A stretch of DNA of 64,000 nucleotides from the human T2T-CHM13v2.0 reference genome, Homo sapiens. A model generated the notes under the pieces. That model was not told the origin of the DNA. It saw only the letters and a program-made list of their open reading frames with translations, and did no database searches. Where the stretch lies: the NCBI RefSeq assembly GCF_009914755.1, contig NC_060934.1; one strand, given 5' to 3'. This document shows, in pieces, positions 41,024 to 56,554 of this stretch. Position 1 is the stretch's first letter. Each line of letters starts with the position of its first letter. Position numbers and translations under genes: made by a program.

Positions 41024-41817
41024 GGATAAAAAGACAATCTACAGACTAGGAGAAAGTATTTGCAAACCACATATCTGACAAAAAATAGTCTAAAATATAC
41101 AAAGAATTCTCAGAACACAACAAAACTCCAATTAGCAAACAGGCAGAAGTAAAGAGATCTTTCACCAAAGAGATGGCAAATAAGCACATAAAACTGACTG
41201 TCAGTGATGTGTAAATTAAAACCACTACACACTTATCAGAATGGCTAAAATAAAAATTAAAAAATAGCAACACCAGCAAATGCTGGCAAGGATACAGACA
41301 TAGTGGATCACTCATTCATTGCTATTGAGAATGTAAAATGATAAAGACACTCTGGAAAACAGTCTGTCAGTTTCTTTAAAAACTAAATATGCTGAAACAT
41401 CCCTTCTGACAGCTTTGAAGAGAGTAGTGGCTCTCCCAGCACGGAGTTTGTGACCTGAGAACGGACAGACGGCCTCCTCAAGTGGGTCTCTGACCCCTGA
41501 GTAGCCTAACTGGGAGACACCTCCCAGTATGGGCTGACTGACACCTCATACAGCTGGGTGCCCCTCTGAGACGAAGCTTCCAGAGGAAGGAACAGGCAGT
41601 AACATTTGCCATTCTGCAATATTTGCTGTTCTGCAGCCTCTGCTGGTGATACCTAGGCAAACAGAGTCTGGAGTGGACCTCCAGCAAACTCCAACAGACC
41701 TGCAGCTGAGGGTCCTGACTGTTAGAAGGAAAACTAACAAACAGAAAGGACATCCACACCAAAATCCCATCTGTACGTCACCATCATCAAAGACCAAAGG
41801 TAGATAAAACCACAAAG

Positions 41818-42841
41818 ATGGGGAGAAACCAGAGCAGAAAAGCTGAAAATTCTAAAAATCAGACTGCCTCTTCTCCTCCAAAGGAATGCAGCTCCTTGCC
41901 AGCAATGGAACAAAGCTGGATGGAGAATGACTTTGACGAGTTGAGAGAAGAAGGCTTCAGATGATAGGTAATACCAAACTTATCTGAGCTAAAGGAGGAT
42001 GTTCGAATCCATCGCGAAGAAGCTAAAAACCTTGAAAAAAGACTAGACAGATGGTTAACTAGAATAAACAGTGTAGAGAAGACCTTAAATGACCTGATGG
42101 AGCTGAAAACCACGGCAGGAGAACTACGTGATGCATGCACAAGCTTCAGTAGCCAATGTGATCAAGTGGAAGAAAGGGTATCAGTGACTGAAGATTAAAT
42201 AAATGAAATGAAGCAAGAAGAGAAGTTTAGAGTAAAAAGAGTAAAAAGAAATGAACAAAGCCTCCAAGAAATATGGGACTATGTGAAAAGACCAAATCTA
42301 CGTCTGGTTAGTGTACCTGAAAGTGACGGGGAGAATGGAACCAAGTTGTAAAACCCTCTGCAGGATAATATCCAGGAGAACTTCCCCAACCTAGCAAGGC
42401 AGGCCAACATTCAAGTTCAGGAAATACAGAGAACACCACAAAGATACTCCTCGAGAAGAGCAACCCCAAAACACATAATTGTCAGATTCACCAAAGTTGA
42501 AATGAAGGAAAAAATGTTAAGGGCAGCTAGAAAGAAAGGTTGGGTTACCCACAAAAGGAAGCCCATCAGACTAACAGCTGATCTCTCGGCAGAAACTCTA
42601 CAAGCCAGAAGAGTTGGGGCCAATATTCAACATTCTTAAAGAAAAGAATTTTCAACCCAGAATTTCATATCCAGCCAAACTAAACTTCATAAGTGAAGGA
42701 GAAATAAAATACTTTACAGAAAAGCAAATGCTGAGTGATTTTCTCACCACCAGGCCTGCCTTACAAGAGATCCTGAAGGAAGCACTAAACATGCAAAGGA
42801 ACAACTGGTACCAGCCACTGCAAAAACATGCCAAATTGTAA
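41818..42841 (+). pseudogene. Disrupted L1PA ORF1
   Basis: ATG GGG AGA AAC CAG start and C-terminus ...NFQPRISYPAKL...QPLQKHAKL; internal stops and frameshifts. Confidence 0.92.
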
Positions 42842-42904
42842 AGACCATTGAGCCTAGGAAGAAACTGCATCAACTAATGAGCAAAATAACCAGCTAACAT
42901 CATA

Positions 42905-46723
<3,819 letters not shown>

Positions 46724-46934
46724 ACAATGAGAACACTTGGACACAGGGTGGGGAACATCATACACCAGGGTCTGTCGTGGGGTGGGGGGAGGGGGGCAGG
46801 ATAGCATTAGGAGATATACCTAATGTAAATGAGGAGTTAATGGGTGCAGCACACCAACATGGTACATGTATACCTATGTAACAAACCTGCACGTTGTGCA
46901 CATGTACCCTAGAACTTGAAGCATTAAAAAAAAA

Positions 46935-47356
46935 GACTTAGACTTGAGTAGCAGACTTCACATCAGAGTAATTTATTACCTCACAGGGTTCAACAAACAT
47001 TTTAGTTTGTGAACAGTCCCTTAGTAAAGCAGCAGCCTTCATTTAAATTTATCAAGAAAGAGGCCGGGCATGATGGCTTACCCCTGTAATCTCAGTACTT
47101 TGGGAGGCCGAGGCAGGTGGGTCATCTGAGGCCAGAGGTTAAGGACCAGCCTGAGCAGCATGGTGAAAGCCCCGTCTCTGCTGAAGATACAGACGTTGTG
47201 GTACATGCCTGTGGTCCCAGCTGCTCAGGAGGCTGAGGACAAGAATTGCTTGAGCCCGGGAGGTGGAGGCTTCAGTGGGCCGAGATTGCGCCACTGCACT
47301 CCAGCCTGGGTGACACAACGAGACTCTGTCTCAAAAAAATTTTAAAAAAATTAAAT
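46935..47356 (+). other. L1 3' transduction (about 127 bp unique DNA plus an Alu)
   Basis: Lies between the L1PA poly(A) and the downstream TSD copy (aaaaactaaatatgc 41378-41392; aaaaacaaatatgc 47357-47370). Confidence 0.85.
47062..47340 (+). mobile_element. Alu (S-like) with clustered A>G substitutions, part of the transduction
   Basis: Dimeric Alu whose linker reads ctctGctGaaGatacaGacGtt versus consensus ctctactaaaaatacaaaaatt. Confidence 0.93.
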
Positions 47357-47370
47357 AAAAACAAATATGC

Positions 47371-48070
47371 CACTACCGTATGATCCAGTAACTGCATTCC
47401 TGGGCACTGTATCAGAGAAATGAAGACTTGTGCTTACACAAAAATCTGTACATGAATGTTTAGAGCAGCTTTTTGGGTAGTAGTTGAAAACTGGGAACAC
47501 CCTAGATGTCCTTTATTGGGTAAATGGTTTAAACTATGGTTTATCCATACCATGGAATACTGCTCAGTGGGATAAAGGACCAAACTCTTGTTATAGGCAT
47601 CAACCTGGGTGAACCTGCAGAGAAGCATGCTCTGTGAAATAGCCAGTGACAAAACGTTACACACGGTATGATTCCATTTATATAATATTCTTGAAATGAC
47701 AACTTTTATATGAAAATGGTGCAAAAGTAACTAAGGTTTAATAGAAATGCAGACTGGGTTAGTGTAGTGGTTCCCAGGGGTTAAGGGCAGTGTGGGGTTA
47801 GGGGCAGGGAATTCCTCTCCTTGAGGGAGCTAGGTGGGAAGTGGGTGTGGCTATAAAAGAGAAACGTGAGGGATCCTGGTGGGGAGGGGATGTTCTGTCT
47901 CTCCACAGTATCAATGTTAGCATCCTGGTTGTGACATTGTAGTATAGTTTTATAAGATGTTACCTCTGGAGGAAACTAGGTAAAGAGTACACAAGACCTC
48001 TCTGTTTTATTTCTTAGAACTGTATGTGAATCTACAATTATTTCAAAATAAAGTTTAATTGAATAAAAAA
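47371..48070 (+). mobile_element. 3' remainder of the L1MC/L1MD host element
   Basis: cactaccgtatgatccag...ggaggaaactagg...gtgaatctacaattatttcaaaataaag. Confidence 0.85.
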
Positions 48071-48589
48071 GAAATCACTAAAAAAAGTTGCCTAGAAGAT
48101 TTAACAAAATTAAACCAATCTGTGAATTTAATGACATGTTATAAAGCATCCAACTTTATTACTTAATTGCTAGACTTCATCCAAGCAATATATAGCCATT
48201 GCCTAAAACATTTCAACATATCACAAGCTTTGTAAAGAAAAAGGGCAGTCCCCTGCCCTAATCCCCATCCCTAGAAGCATTCCATGTGAGTCTGTTGGCT
48301 GTTCCTTCTCACATTTTATTGTATGATTCCAAGTAAAATGCTTACACGGCCGGTTCTTGGTTTTTCCATTTTAGGTGTTAACCGAATGATGGACTTCTTC
48401 CCAGGGTGAATGACAGTCCTGTTCCCTTACATCCCCTCCCACTGCCCCCACCCCACACACACATCCTTCCATCTTCCCTTCCTTCCAGTGGAGTTAGATC
48501 ATGATATTGGGTCAAATTAATGTTTTATTTTTAACACATGGCTAAGTAAATACCCTTCGCAGCTGAGTCCCACCCTTTTCTAGCCATCC

Positions 48590-48780
48590 GTCCGTTCATG
48601 CAATAAATGCTTATTGGCACCCAGTGTGAGTCAGGCACTGTTGCAGGTGCCAGGGACACAGCACTGTAAAAGCAAATGGGTCCTGTCCTGGAGAAGCTTC
48701 CACTTTTGAGGATTGGGAGCCCAGTAAGAAACAAGTTCTGGCATATTTTTTCCGGAGATAAGCACCAAGGAGGAGCCCTA
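48590..48780 (-). mobile_element. L2 3' end
   Basis: ttcatgcaataaatgcttattggcacccagtgtgagtcaggcactgttgcaggtgccagggacacagc. Confidence 0.7.
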
Positions 48781-50489
48781 GACGGGGTGCCATGGATGGG
48801 GTGCCATGAGCAGGGGTGCCCTAGGGAGGCCTGAGGAGGAGACCTTGCCAGGGCTTGAGGGGAGAAGAGGGGACTTGCGGGCTCCTAGAGGAAGAGCTCA
48901 TCCAAGAAGGACGGCAGAAGCCCAAAGTCCTGGGAATGCGCTCGCTGTCCCGAGGCCCACGTGAAGGGGCTGACATGGGTGGAGGGACGCCAGCTGAGTC
49001 CCCTCTTGACACCCGGAGCCCCACTGCTGAGGGACATCACTTGCTTCTCTTATTGACGCTGGCATCACCCCTCGGCCGCAACTAAAGTTCAGCTGTTTCC
49101 ACTCTGAAACCACTACCTCTCATCTGTTCCTGTTCTTCCCGCAGCGTCACCCCCATCCTCCCCCCACCCTCTGCCTCACAGGCACAAACACTGGGGAGCC
49201 CACGTGGAGGGAGGAGGCCGCACAGGGACCTCCCCGGGGAAATGAGGCTCCAGCTGGATTTGAACACGCAGGGAGGAGGTGAGGATGCTGCTTTCCCAAC
49301 AGCTGGGCCGCCTTGTCCTTGTCACCACTCTGGTTTCTCAGCCCAGGCTATTTTGGGTCAGGCTGCGAGGACTGCTGTGTCAGCAGGTGGGCGTGAGTGG
49401 CGGTTTCCACCTCCCCACGCTGGGCGGGGCACAGCTCCAGGCCGGGCCGACTCAGGCTGCGCCAGGGTCCGCTAGCCTCTGGGATGCATGGGGACCCCTG
49501 GGACGAGGGAGCACTCTCCTGAGCAGGAAATCAGGTCCCAGATAACATGGGCTTCAGCGGGCTCAGGCCGGGGAGGGGACAGGTGTCTCTCAGAGCGAAG
49601 GACAGAGGGGCGGAGGAACTGTGCACAGCAGAGGGCAGCGTCTCAGGGCGGGCTGGAATCTGGGGAGCGCTTCACCAGGAGGGGTCAGTGGCCCGGGCCT
49701 TCCAGGCTGAGTGGCACTGGGCAGAGGCACGAGCAAAGTCAGGAGGCGCTGGGACTATTTAGGGAGCGGGGAGGCTCACCTGGGACACAGTGGCTGGGCC
49801 AGGAAGAGGCCACCAGTCAGGCACGGGGCAGCAGGCCAGGGAGTTCCGATTTCCCTGGCTCCCGCTGGCCCGCATCTTGCAAGCTGGAGATTTCCCCCAC
49901 TCTGTGGAACCCTAACAGCGGTGCCTTGTGCCTCATCCCAGGAGGCTGACCCCTTCTCCTGGCCAGTTCTACCCTCTCTGCCTCAGCAACCTCCACCCTT
50001 GTGGCTGAATGAAGCACTCTGAACAGAGACCTTTTGAAAAAAGTCTAAATGCCCTCTTCTTTGGTGCTGGGAGCAAAAGGGAAAAATAGAATCAACTCCA
50101 GTGATCCATTCCAGTCTCCTTCCGGACTGCAGAAATGAGCAAAGTCATGTGGGCCCACAGGTGGGGCAGGCCCAGCTGCAGGCATCCCCCTCCTCCCTGT
50201 CCTCAGCCAGGCCTACTCTCAGAGCCTGCTGCCCTTCCCAGGCCAGAGAGGCGCCTCCCAGTGGGAACCCCGGTGGAGGGAAGGCCCGCTCCACAGCTCA
50301 GTCGCCAGGAACTGCAGTCGGCCGGGCACCGCCAGGTACTTTTTGACTCATGGGTCATTTTGTTCCAACATGTGTATCCCCTTAAAACTCAGAATAGACT
50401 CTGGTCTTGTTTACCCGTGGTTTTTTTTTTGTTTTTTTTTTTCCCTTTGAACAAGGAGGAAGACTCTCTATAGGCAGAAAGTCCCCAAC

Positions 50490-50835
50490 TGTCCTAGTCC
50501 TGGGGCTGCTATTAAAAAGTACCATAGACTGGGGGCTGAAACAACAAACACATCTCACAATTCTGAAGGCTGGAGGGCCACGGCAAGGTGCTGGCAGATC
50601 CACTGTATGGTGAGCCCTCCCCTTCTGGCTCATCCCTGGTGCCTTCTCCTGTGTCCTCATGTGGTGGGCAAAGCAGCTCTCTGAGGTCCTTGTGTAAGGA
50701 CACCAATCCCATTCACCAGAGCACTGCCCTTGTGGCCTCACCACCTCCCAAATGCCCCATGTCTTAATGCCATCACCATGTGAGGGAAGGTTTCAACCTG
50801 TGGATTTCAGGGAGATACACACTTGGCCCACAGCA
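50490..50835 (-). mobile_element. MLT1A-like MaLR LTR
   Basis: tgtcctagtcctggggctgcta...taccatagactgg...taaggacaccaatcccattcac...ccacagca. Confidence 0.85.
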
Positions 50836-50952
50836 CATACTCAGGCTGAAGCTTGCTCTGCCATTTCCACAGACCCCTCAGGACCCGTTGCGGTGCTGGT
50901 CTGCAGCTCTGTTAAGCTCCTGCCATGCTTGGCCAGGCTGAGCACAGCTGCC

Positions 50953-52440
50953 CTGCTTGCCCACACCATCCCAGCCCTGATGATTAATTGCATAATTAGC
51001 TAGAAGGTGGGTGAATATTCCTGTTCCCTCCCCTAAAGCTCAAGCACCGCTTTCAGCAAGGTTCTGCTGTCCCTCTGTCACAATCAAGGGACAATGAGGT
51101 ACTGAGGGTCCCATGGCATGGCCCTGCAGCCAATCATCAGGACTGAGCATGGGAGTCAGCCCCCAGCTGTCATGCCTGGAACCCCTGATCTTGCTTACTG
51201 CCAAGCCCAGGGAGGGCTGTCACTTCCCTGGGAAGGGTCCTCCACGCTGAGGACATCCTGAGAGTGCCGACTGATTCAACAAACTGGAGGAGGGAACCTG
51301 GGCAGGAGGCCTCGGGAGGGCCTGAGTGGCAGCAGACTGTAGGCACAGGGATGGAGAGAGGATGCTGTGTGTGGGCAGGTCAGCGAGGAAGGTTGGTGAG
51401 GCCTGTGGGTCTAGGACAAGGAAGAGTCAAAGATGACTTGAGGGTTTCTGGGGGCACAAAAGGGAGGATGGTGAGGCCATCAGGGATGGGGCAAGCTGTA
51501 GAGGGTGCTGTGAGGGGCTTTGGCAGTGGAGACTTGAGCTTTCTGAGTCTAATGGAAGAAAGAGAAATTAGAGAGAAGGGCCGCAAGGGGTACCGACCTG
51601 GGCCGGGCTCCAGCACCTGATTCCTGTAGGGGCTATGAAGGCCTGAGGTGAGGATCTGTCTCTGAATTTCAGGGGAATTTCTCTGCTGTGGCCAAAGCAG
51701 CCTGAAGCTAGGCCAGGAGCTTTGTCTCCTCACTGCCTTTTCTGGAGTGCCCCATGGGGGTTAATGCAGGAGGAAGACCTGGTTGATTTCAGGTGTGCCA
51801 GGGGGTCCTCGGGGAGAATTCTTGGTGAAGAGCCTGCACCCCTGAACCATCTTGAACTGTCAGTGCCCTCAATGAGCTTTTGTATGAATTGGAAAGAGAC
51901 GGTGACCCTGAGTCAGGGTACACCAGAGTCCAGGCCTGGGGCTGGTCCCTGGAGGGATCACAGCCCCCCTCTCACAGGGCATGACCCACATACCTGCGTG
52001 CTGTGCCCCTGGACCTTTGGGCCCCATGGGGTTACCAAGCAAGCACTGGCTCCCAGCCTTGTGACTGCAACATGGCCAGGAGCACAGTGCCAGTGGCCCC
52101 AGAGAAAAGACACAGGAGGCCCCAAACTTTTGCTGGGCTTCCCACCTCCCAGGAGAGGGGTGGCCCTTGGCAACTGCACCTTTCTTTTTCCCTGGGAGGA
52201 TCTGCAGCTGTGGGGAAGCCCCCAAGCCCTTGCTAGACTGCTCGGGTTTCCTGCAGGATCAGGGCCAAGCTAGTCTGAGGGAGGGAGGTGGCAGGTGCCC
52301 CAGACTCAGTGTGCTCTGTGGTCTCAGTGGCTGTGGCCTTCCTGCATGTGTACCTGTTGGTGGAATGGCACTGGCATGCTCCTCATCTGCTTGCCCACAC
52401 CATCACAGCCCTGATGATTAATTCCATAATTAGCTAGAAG
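50953..52440 (+). repeat. Dispersed 54-bp direct repeat (50953-51006 and 52387-52440)
   Basis: ctgcttgcccacaccatc(c/a)cagccctgatgattaatt(g/c)cataattagctagaag, 52/54 identical. Confidence 0.95.
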
Positions 52441-53639
52441 CCGCATGTTGTTGCTCAGGATGAATTTGGTCTAAAAATATTTTCTTATGAAAAACACAGC
52501 AGAACCTAAAAATATCTCCTCCACAGTTGCCCAGAGAAGCCTCCTCCTTGGACCACCCCAAGCCACCACTAGCTGTAACTCAGTTTCTTGGAGAGTCTCG
52601 AATGCAGCGGCAGAGGGCTGGCCAGGCACTGCTTCCTGCCAGGGCAGAGTGAGTTGGGCACCAAGCCTGTCCCTGGCATTGCCAGTTCCCACAGGCTCCC
52701 AATGCCCACAGTAGGTCAGAGGCTGCTGGGGCTGCCTGGGAGGTTCCCGCATGCACACAGGATGCATGCCAGCCTGACTTCAGGGAGACTGGGGCAGGGC
52801 CACAGGGGAGGCACAGACCTCGTGGGGTGAGGTCCTGGAAAGGGCTTCCTCACCCTGGTGAGCCATCAGGGAAGGCCCACAAAGGACCAGTGCTGACCTG
52901 AGTGGGACCCTGCACAGGCAGAACTCCCTGCTGACCTGTTCAGGGGAGCAATGGAGGCTGGAGGAAGATGCTGGCCCTGCTCTAGAGCCTCTAAGCTGAG
53001 CATTGCTGTGGCTGAGGTCCGGGTACCTGGTGTCATCCTTGTGTAGGGCTTGGCTGGCTGACTGCATGTCTTGTGGCTGGTGGGACAGACATGAGCAGGG
53101 ACATGGAGCACCTGTGTCTTCCAGGCTTTTGCACGCAAAAGCAACCACCCTACTCTGGCACACAGTTCTGCCTGGGTGGGTTAGTCACAGGGGTCAAGAA
53201 CTTACCATCTTGCCCTTCTCCTCTTCCCTTATGATGTCCTTAAATGGGGGCCACCATCTCCTGCTTCAGAGGCTCTGCCTTGGTTTCAGGAGAGGACCCT
53301 GTCCACCTGGCCTGTCTGTGCACCTTCTATCCCATCTCTGGGGTAGATGATGAACGCTTGGTGCCTCCACTCCCTGCTGGCCCAATGGAGCCCTGGAGCA
53401 CATTTCCAGGCCCTTCTCTCTGGTCCCAGGTGGGTGGCTCAGGCCCAGAGAGGGTGGTCTCTCTGGATGACACAGAGAAGTGGGGGTGCAGCTGAGATAG
53501 GCACTGCCTTCTCCTAAGCCAGCCCAGGTGCATGGATGGAGCAGGTGGGGGCTCCCTGCAGCTCCCCTCAGCCCTGAATCTCAGGCCCAGGGTGGTGTGG
53601 CAGGGATTTGGACTGAGTGTGGCTTGCAGAGGGCAAACC

Positions 53640-54138
53640 CACCTGGGGCCAAAATTTGTTAACCCCAAGCTTAAATAATAAAGGCATTAACAATCTAATA
53701 TCCAGAGAATGAAGAGGTGGGTGGCTCCAGGTGCCTGTTACAGTTAAACCCCTGTGAGGCCTGGCTCCTGTCTCTACAGTCCCCTCACCTTCCTTCATGC
53801 TTCAAAGATGGCTGCTGCAGCCCCAAGCATCACATGTATCACAAAGGGAAGAGATGGCACCAGCAAAATGTCTTCTTCCACCTCCCTCATTTTTCAGAAA
53901 GCCAAAGCCTTCTTGCCAATAGCTTCTCCTCATCTTGACTGAACTGTGACCACTGTGGTCACGTGGCCACTCTTAACTGCTAGAGTGTCTAGTGAAGCTA
54001 GTGTCTGACAAAGGAGAGCCCAGCTGCTATAACTGGACTGGACCAAACAGAATTGCAGCCTCTGAAGTGGAGCACATTGCAACCCCAAACTAAAGCAGGT
54101 GCTGAGGGCAAGAAGAGGTTGGGAGAATGTTTGCCACA
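53640..54138 (-). mobile_element. Old MLT1 (K/L-like) LTR
   Basis: aagatggctgctgcagccccaagcatcacat...ggtcacgtggccactcttaactgc...gtttgccaca. Confidence 0.65.
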
Positions 54139-54569
54139 GGAGGGAACTTCATCCTTGTGATCTGGGGAGGGGCAAAATCTGAGGGTCAGAGAAGGGGAGA
54201 GGCTCTCCCTTCCCTGCAACCCCACTTTTCCATCTCTGATAAATAATGTGTAGGTGTCGTTCCCTGGAGCAGATCTATAACTCACTGAGGGTACCTTCCA
54301 AGCTGGTTCTGCGTTAAATACACAAATCTTACCGCAGCCTTTCTGCCAATCAGGCATCCATGCTCTGCTAGGTCCCTGTTGAAAGGGAACTCATCACATG
54401 CCAGGCAGCCCATTTCTTCTGGAGGCTTCTCTGACAGGAACCACATCCTTATTTTGAGCTACACTGGGCTTCCCTTGGCTTCTAGTCATTAACCCTAGTT
54501 CTACTTTCCTGCATGTTTTTTTTTTCAGCAACTTTCTGTGAATCTATTATTTCAAAACACAAAATTAAA

Positions 54570-55730
54570 AATAAGGTAAGGAGAAAGATGAAAGTGCCTG
54601 AATTGTACTTCTAGAGATGAACATTACAATGTCTGAGATAAATAGTACACTTGATGGCATGACCGGCACATTAGACATTACAAAGGAGCTTGGTGGACTA
54701 GAGACATTGCCATAAGGACTACCCAAAATGAACTACACAAGGAATTAGGAATACAAATGAATGAAAAGGGCATCAGCAAATTGAGGGAAAATCTTCAAGT
54801 AGCCTAATATATGTTGGAATTGTAGTGACCAAAGGAGTGTGGGAACAGAAAAAAATATTTGAAGAAATAGTGGTTGAAGAGTGTCCAAACTGGATGAACA
54901 CTTTAAACTCTAGTGCAAGCACAGCCAACCACAAGCACAAGCACAAGAAGCAGGAAGAAAACCAAGGTGCAATCATGATCAAATTGCTTAAAACCAGCAA
55001 CAAAGAAACATCTTCAAAGCAGCCAGAAAAACAAGGAAACATTTCATCAAGAGGACCAAAGATCATGAAGATAAGAGATTTTTCACCAGAAACAATGCAG
55101 GCGAGAAGTCAGTGGAGAGACATCATTTAAGCACTGACTGGACAAAACTGTCATCAGAGGATTGCACACCCAGCAAAAATACATTTCAAATATGAAGATG
55201 AAATTGAGGCTTCTTCAGACATATGGAAGCTGAAATCATCACCAGCAGATCTTGTCTGCAAGAAATGTTAAAAGAAGTCCATCAGGTAAAGTGATACTGG
55301 ATGGAGATCTAGATGTACAAACAGGAATGAAAATCACTACGGGTGGGAACTACATAGGTAAATTTATTATTTAGGTCTCTTTAAAAGAAAATTGATTCTT
55401 TTGAAAAACAGTAACAATGTATATTGGGGTCTGTGATAGGTAAAAGTGAAGTGTGACAATAGCATTGGCAACAATAGCATAAACGCAGGGAGAAGAGTGG
55501 AGGAAGTATCTCACTATAAAAATCTCAGGCTCTGCTAAAGTCCTGTGATGCCAAGATTGCTTGAAGGGACTGTGATCAGTTAAAGACCCACACTATAGCA
55601 CTTAAAGCAAACACTAAAATAACAAAACAAAGAGTTATAGCTAACGAATCAAAATAAATGCTAAAATGTAATCACAAATACTTGATTAATGCAAAAAGAA
55701 GACAGAAAAAGAGGAAAAAGAACACGAAAA
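54570..55730 (+). mobile_element. Old L1M ORF1 remnant
   Basis: ORF 54825-55130 (KKIFEEIV...IMIKLLKT...DFSPETMQARSQW) is ORF1-like. Confidence 0.8.
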
Positions 55731-56071
55731 CCAGACATTATTCTGCACTGGGAACAGCCCCAGGAGGAGCTCTATTGATGCACTCCCAGCAAAATAAACA
55801 TGACAGATAAAAATCATTTTTTAAAATCCAAAAATTTAAAGCTCAAAGCCTCTTAAAATTATCCTGAGGCATATAGCAGATGAAGAAACACTTATTCAAG
55901 AAAATATACTGAAACTTGGCAAGACCATGAGAATCTGTAGCATTTGAGCCACAGCCTGCTCCCTCACTCCATACCCTGTCTCCAGCTCCATCTGCTGGAA
56001 ACATCCCTCTTGGTAGTGGCCAAGAAAATGAGGCTCCCTTACCCTTCAATTCCTAGTCAAAAGATACGGTA

Positions 56072-56554
56072 CATGGCAGACAGAACAATGGTCCCCCAAA
56101 CATATCAGGTCCTAATCCCTGGAACTTGTAAACATTACCTTGTAAGGATAAAGGGTCTTTGCAGGTGTGGTTAAGTCAAGAACCTTAAGATGAAGAGCTC
56201 ATCTTGGATTATCTGAGTGGGCCTTAAATGCCATCACAGATGCCCTTATAAGAAAGAGGCAGAGGGAGATTTAACACAGAACAGAAGAAGACGAGTCAGT
56301 GTGACCACAGAGGCAAAGATTGGGTGCAGCTGCCACAAGCAGAGGAAGGTTGGCAGCTGCCAGAAGGCAGAAGAGGCAAGGAATGGATCCTGCCCCAGAG
56401 CAACCAGGGGGACTGCAGCCCTGCCAGCACCTCAATTTCAGTCCTGTAGTGTTGATTGCAGACTTCTGGCCTCCAGAACTATGGCAAGATAGATTTCTGT
56501 TTTAAGACCCCAAGTGTGTGATTCTTTCTTACACTAGCCATGGAAACGAATGCA
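56072..56554 (+). mobile_element. MLT1C/D MaLR LTR within L1M 5'-like sequence
   Basis: ggcagacagaacaatggtccccc...gtcctaatccctggaac...gacttctggcctccagaact...ggaaacgaatgca. Confidence 0.88.

Larger units (their letters stand above)
35920..41392 (+). mobile_element. Old L1 (L1MC/L1MD-like) 5' part, ORF1 and ORF2, interrupted at 41392 by L1PA
   Basis: Continuous degenerate ORF1 (36.3-37.0 kb) and ORF2 (37.4-41.39 kb); resumes in register at 47371. Confidence 0.85.

Noticed and set aside
41600-41636. Short duplication in the L1PA 5'UTR
   Set aside because: As I recall, it is part of the L1PA5-7 consensus.
47062-47340. APOBEC3 or CpG decay as the cause of the Alu mutation cluster
   Set aside because: Both give G>A or C>T on the sense strand, whereas the excess observed is A>G.
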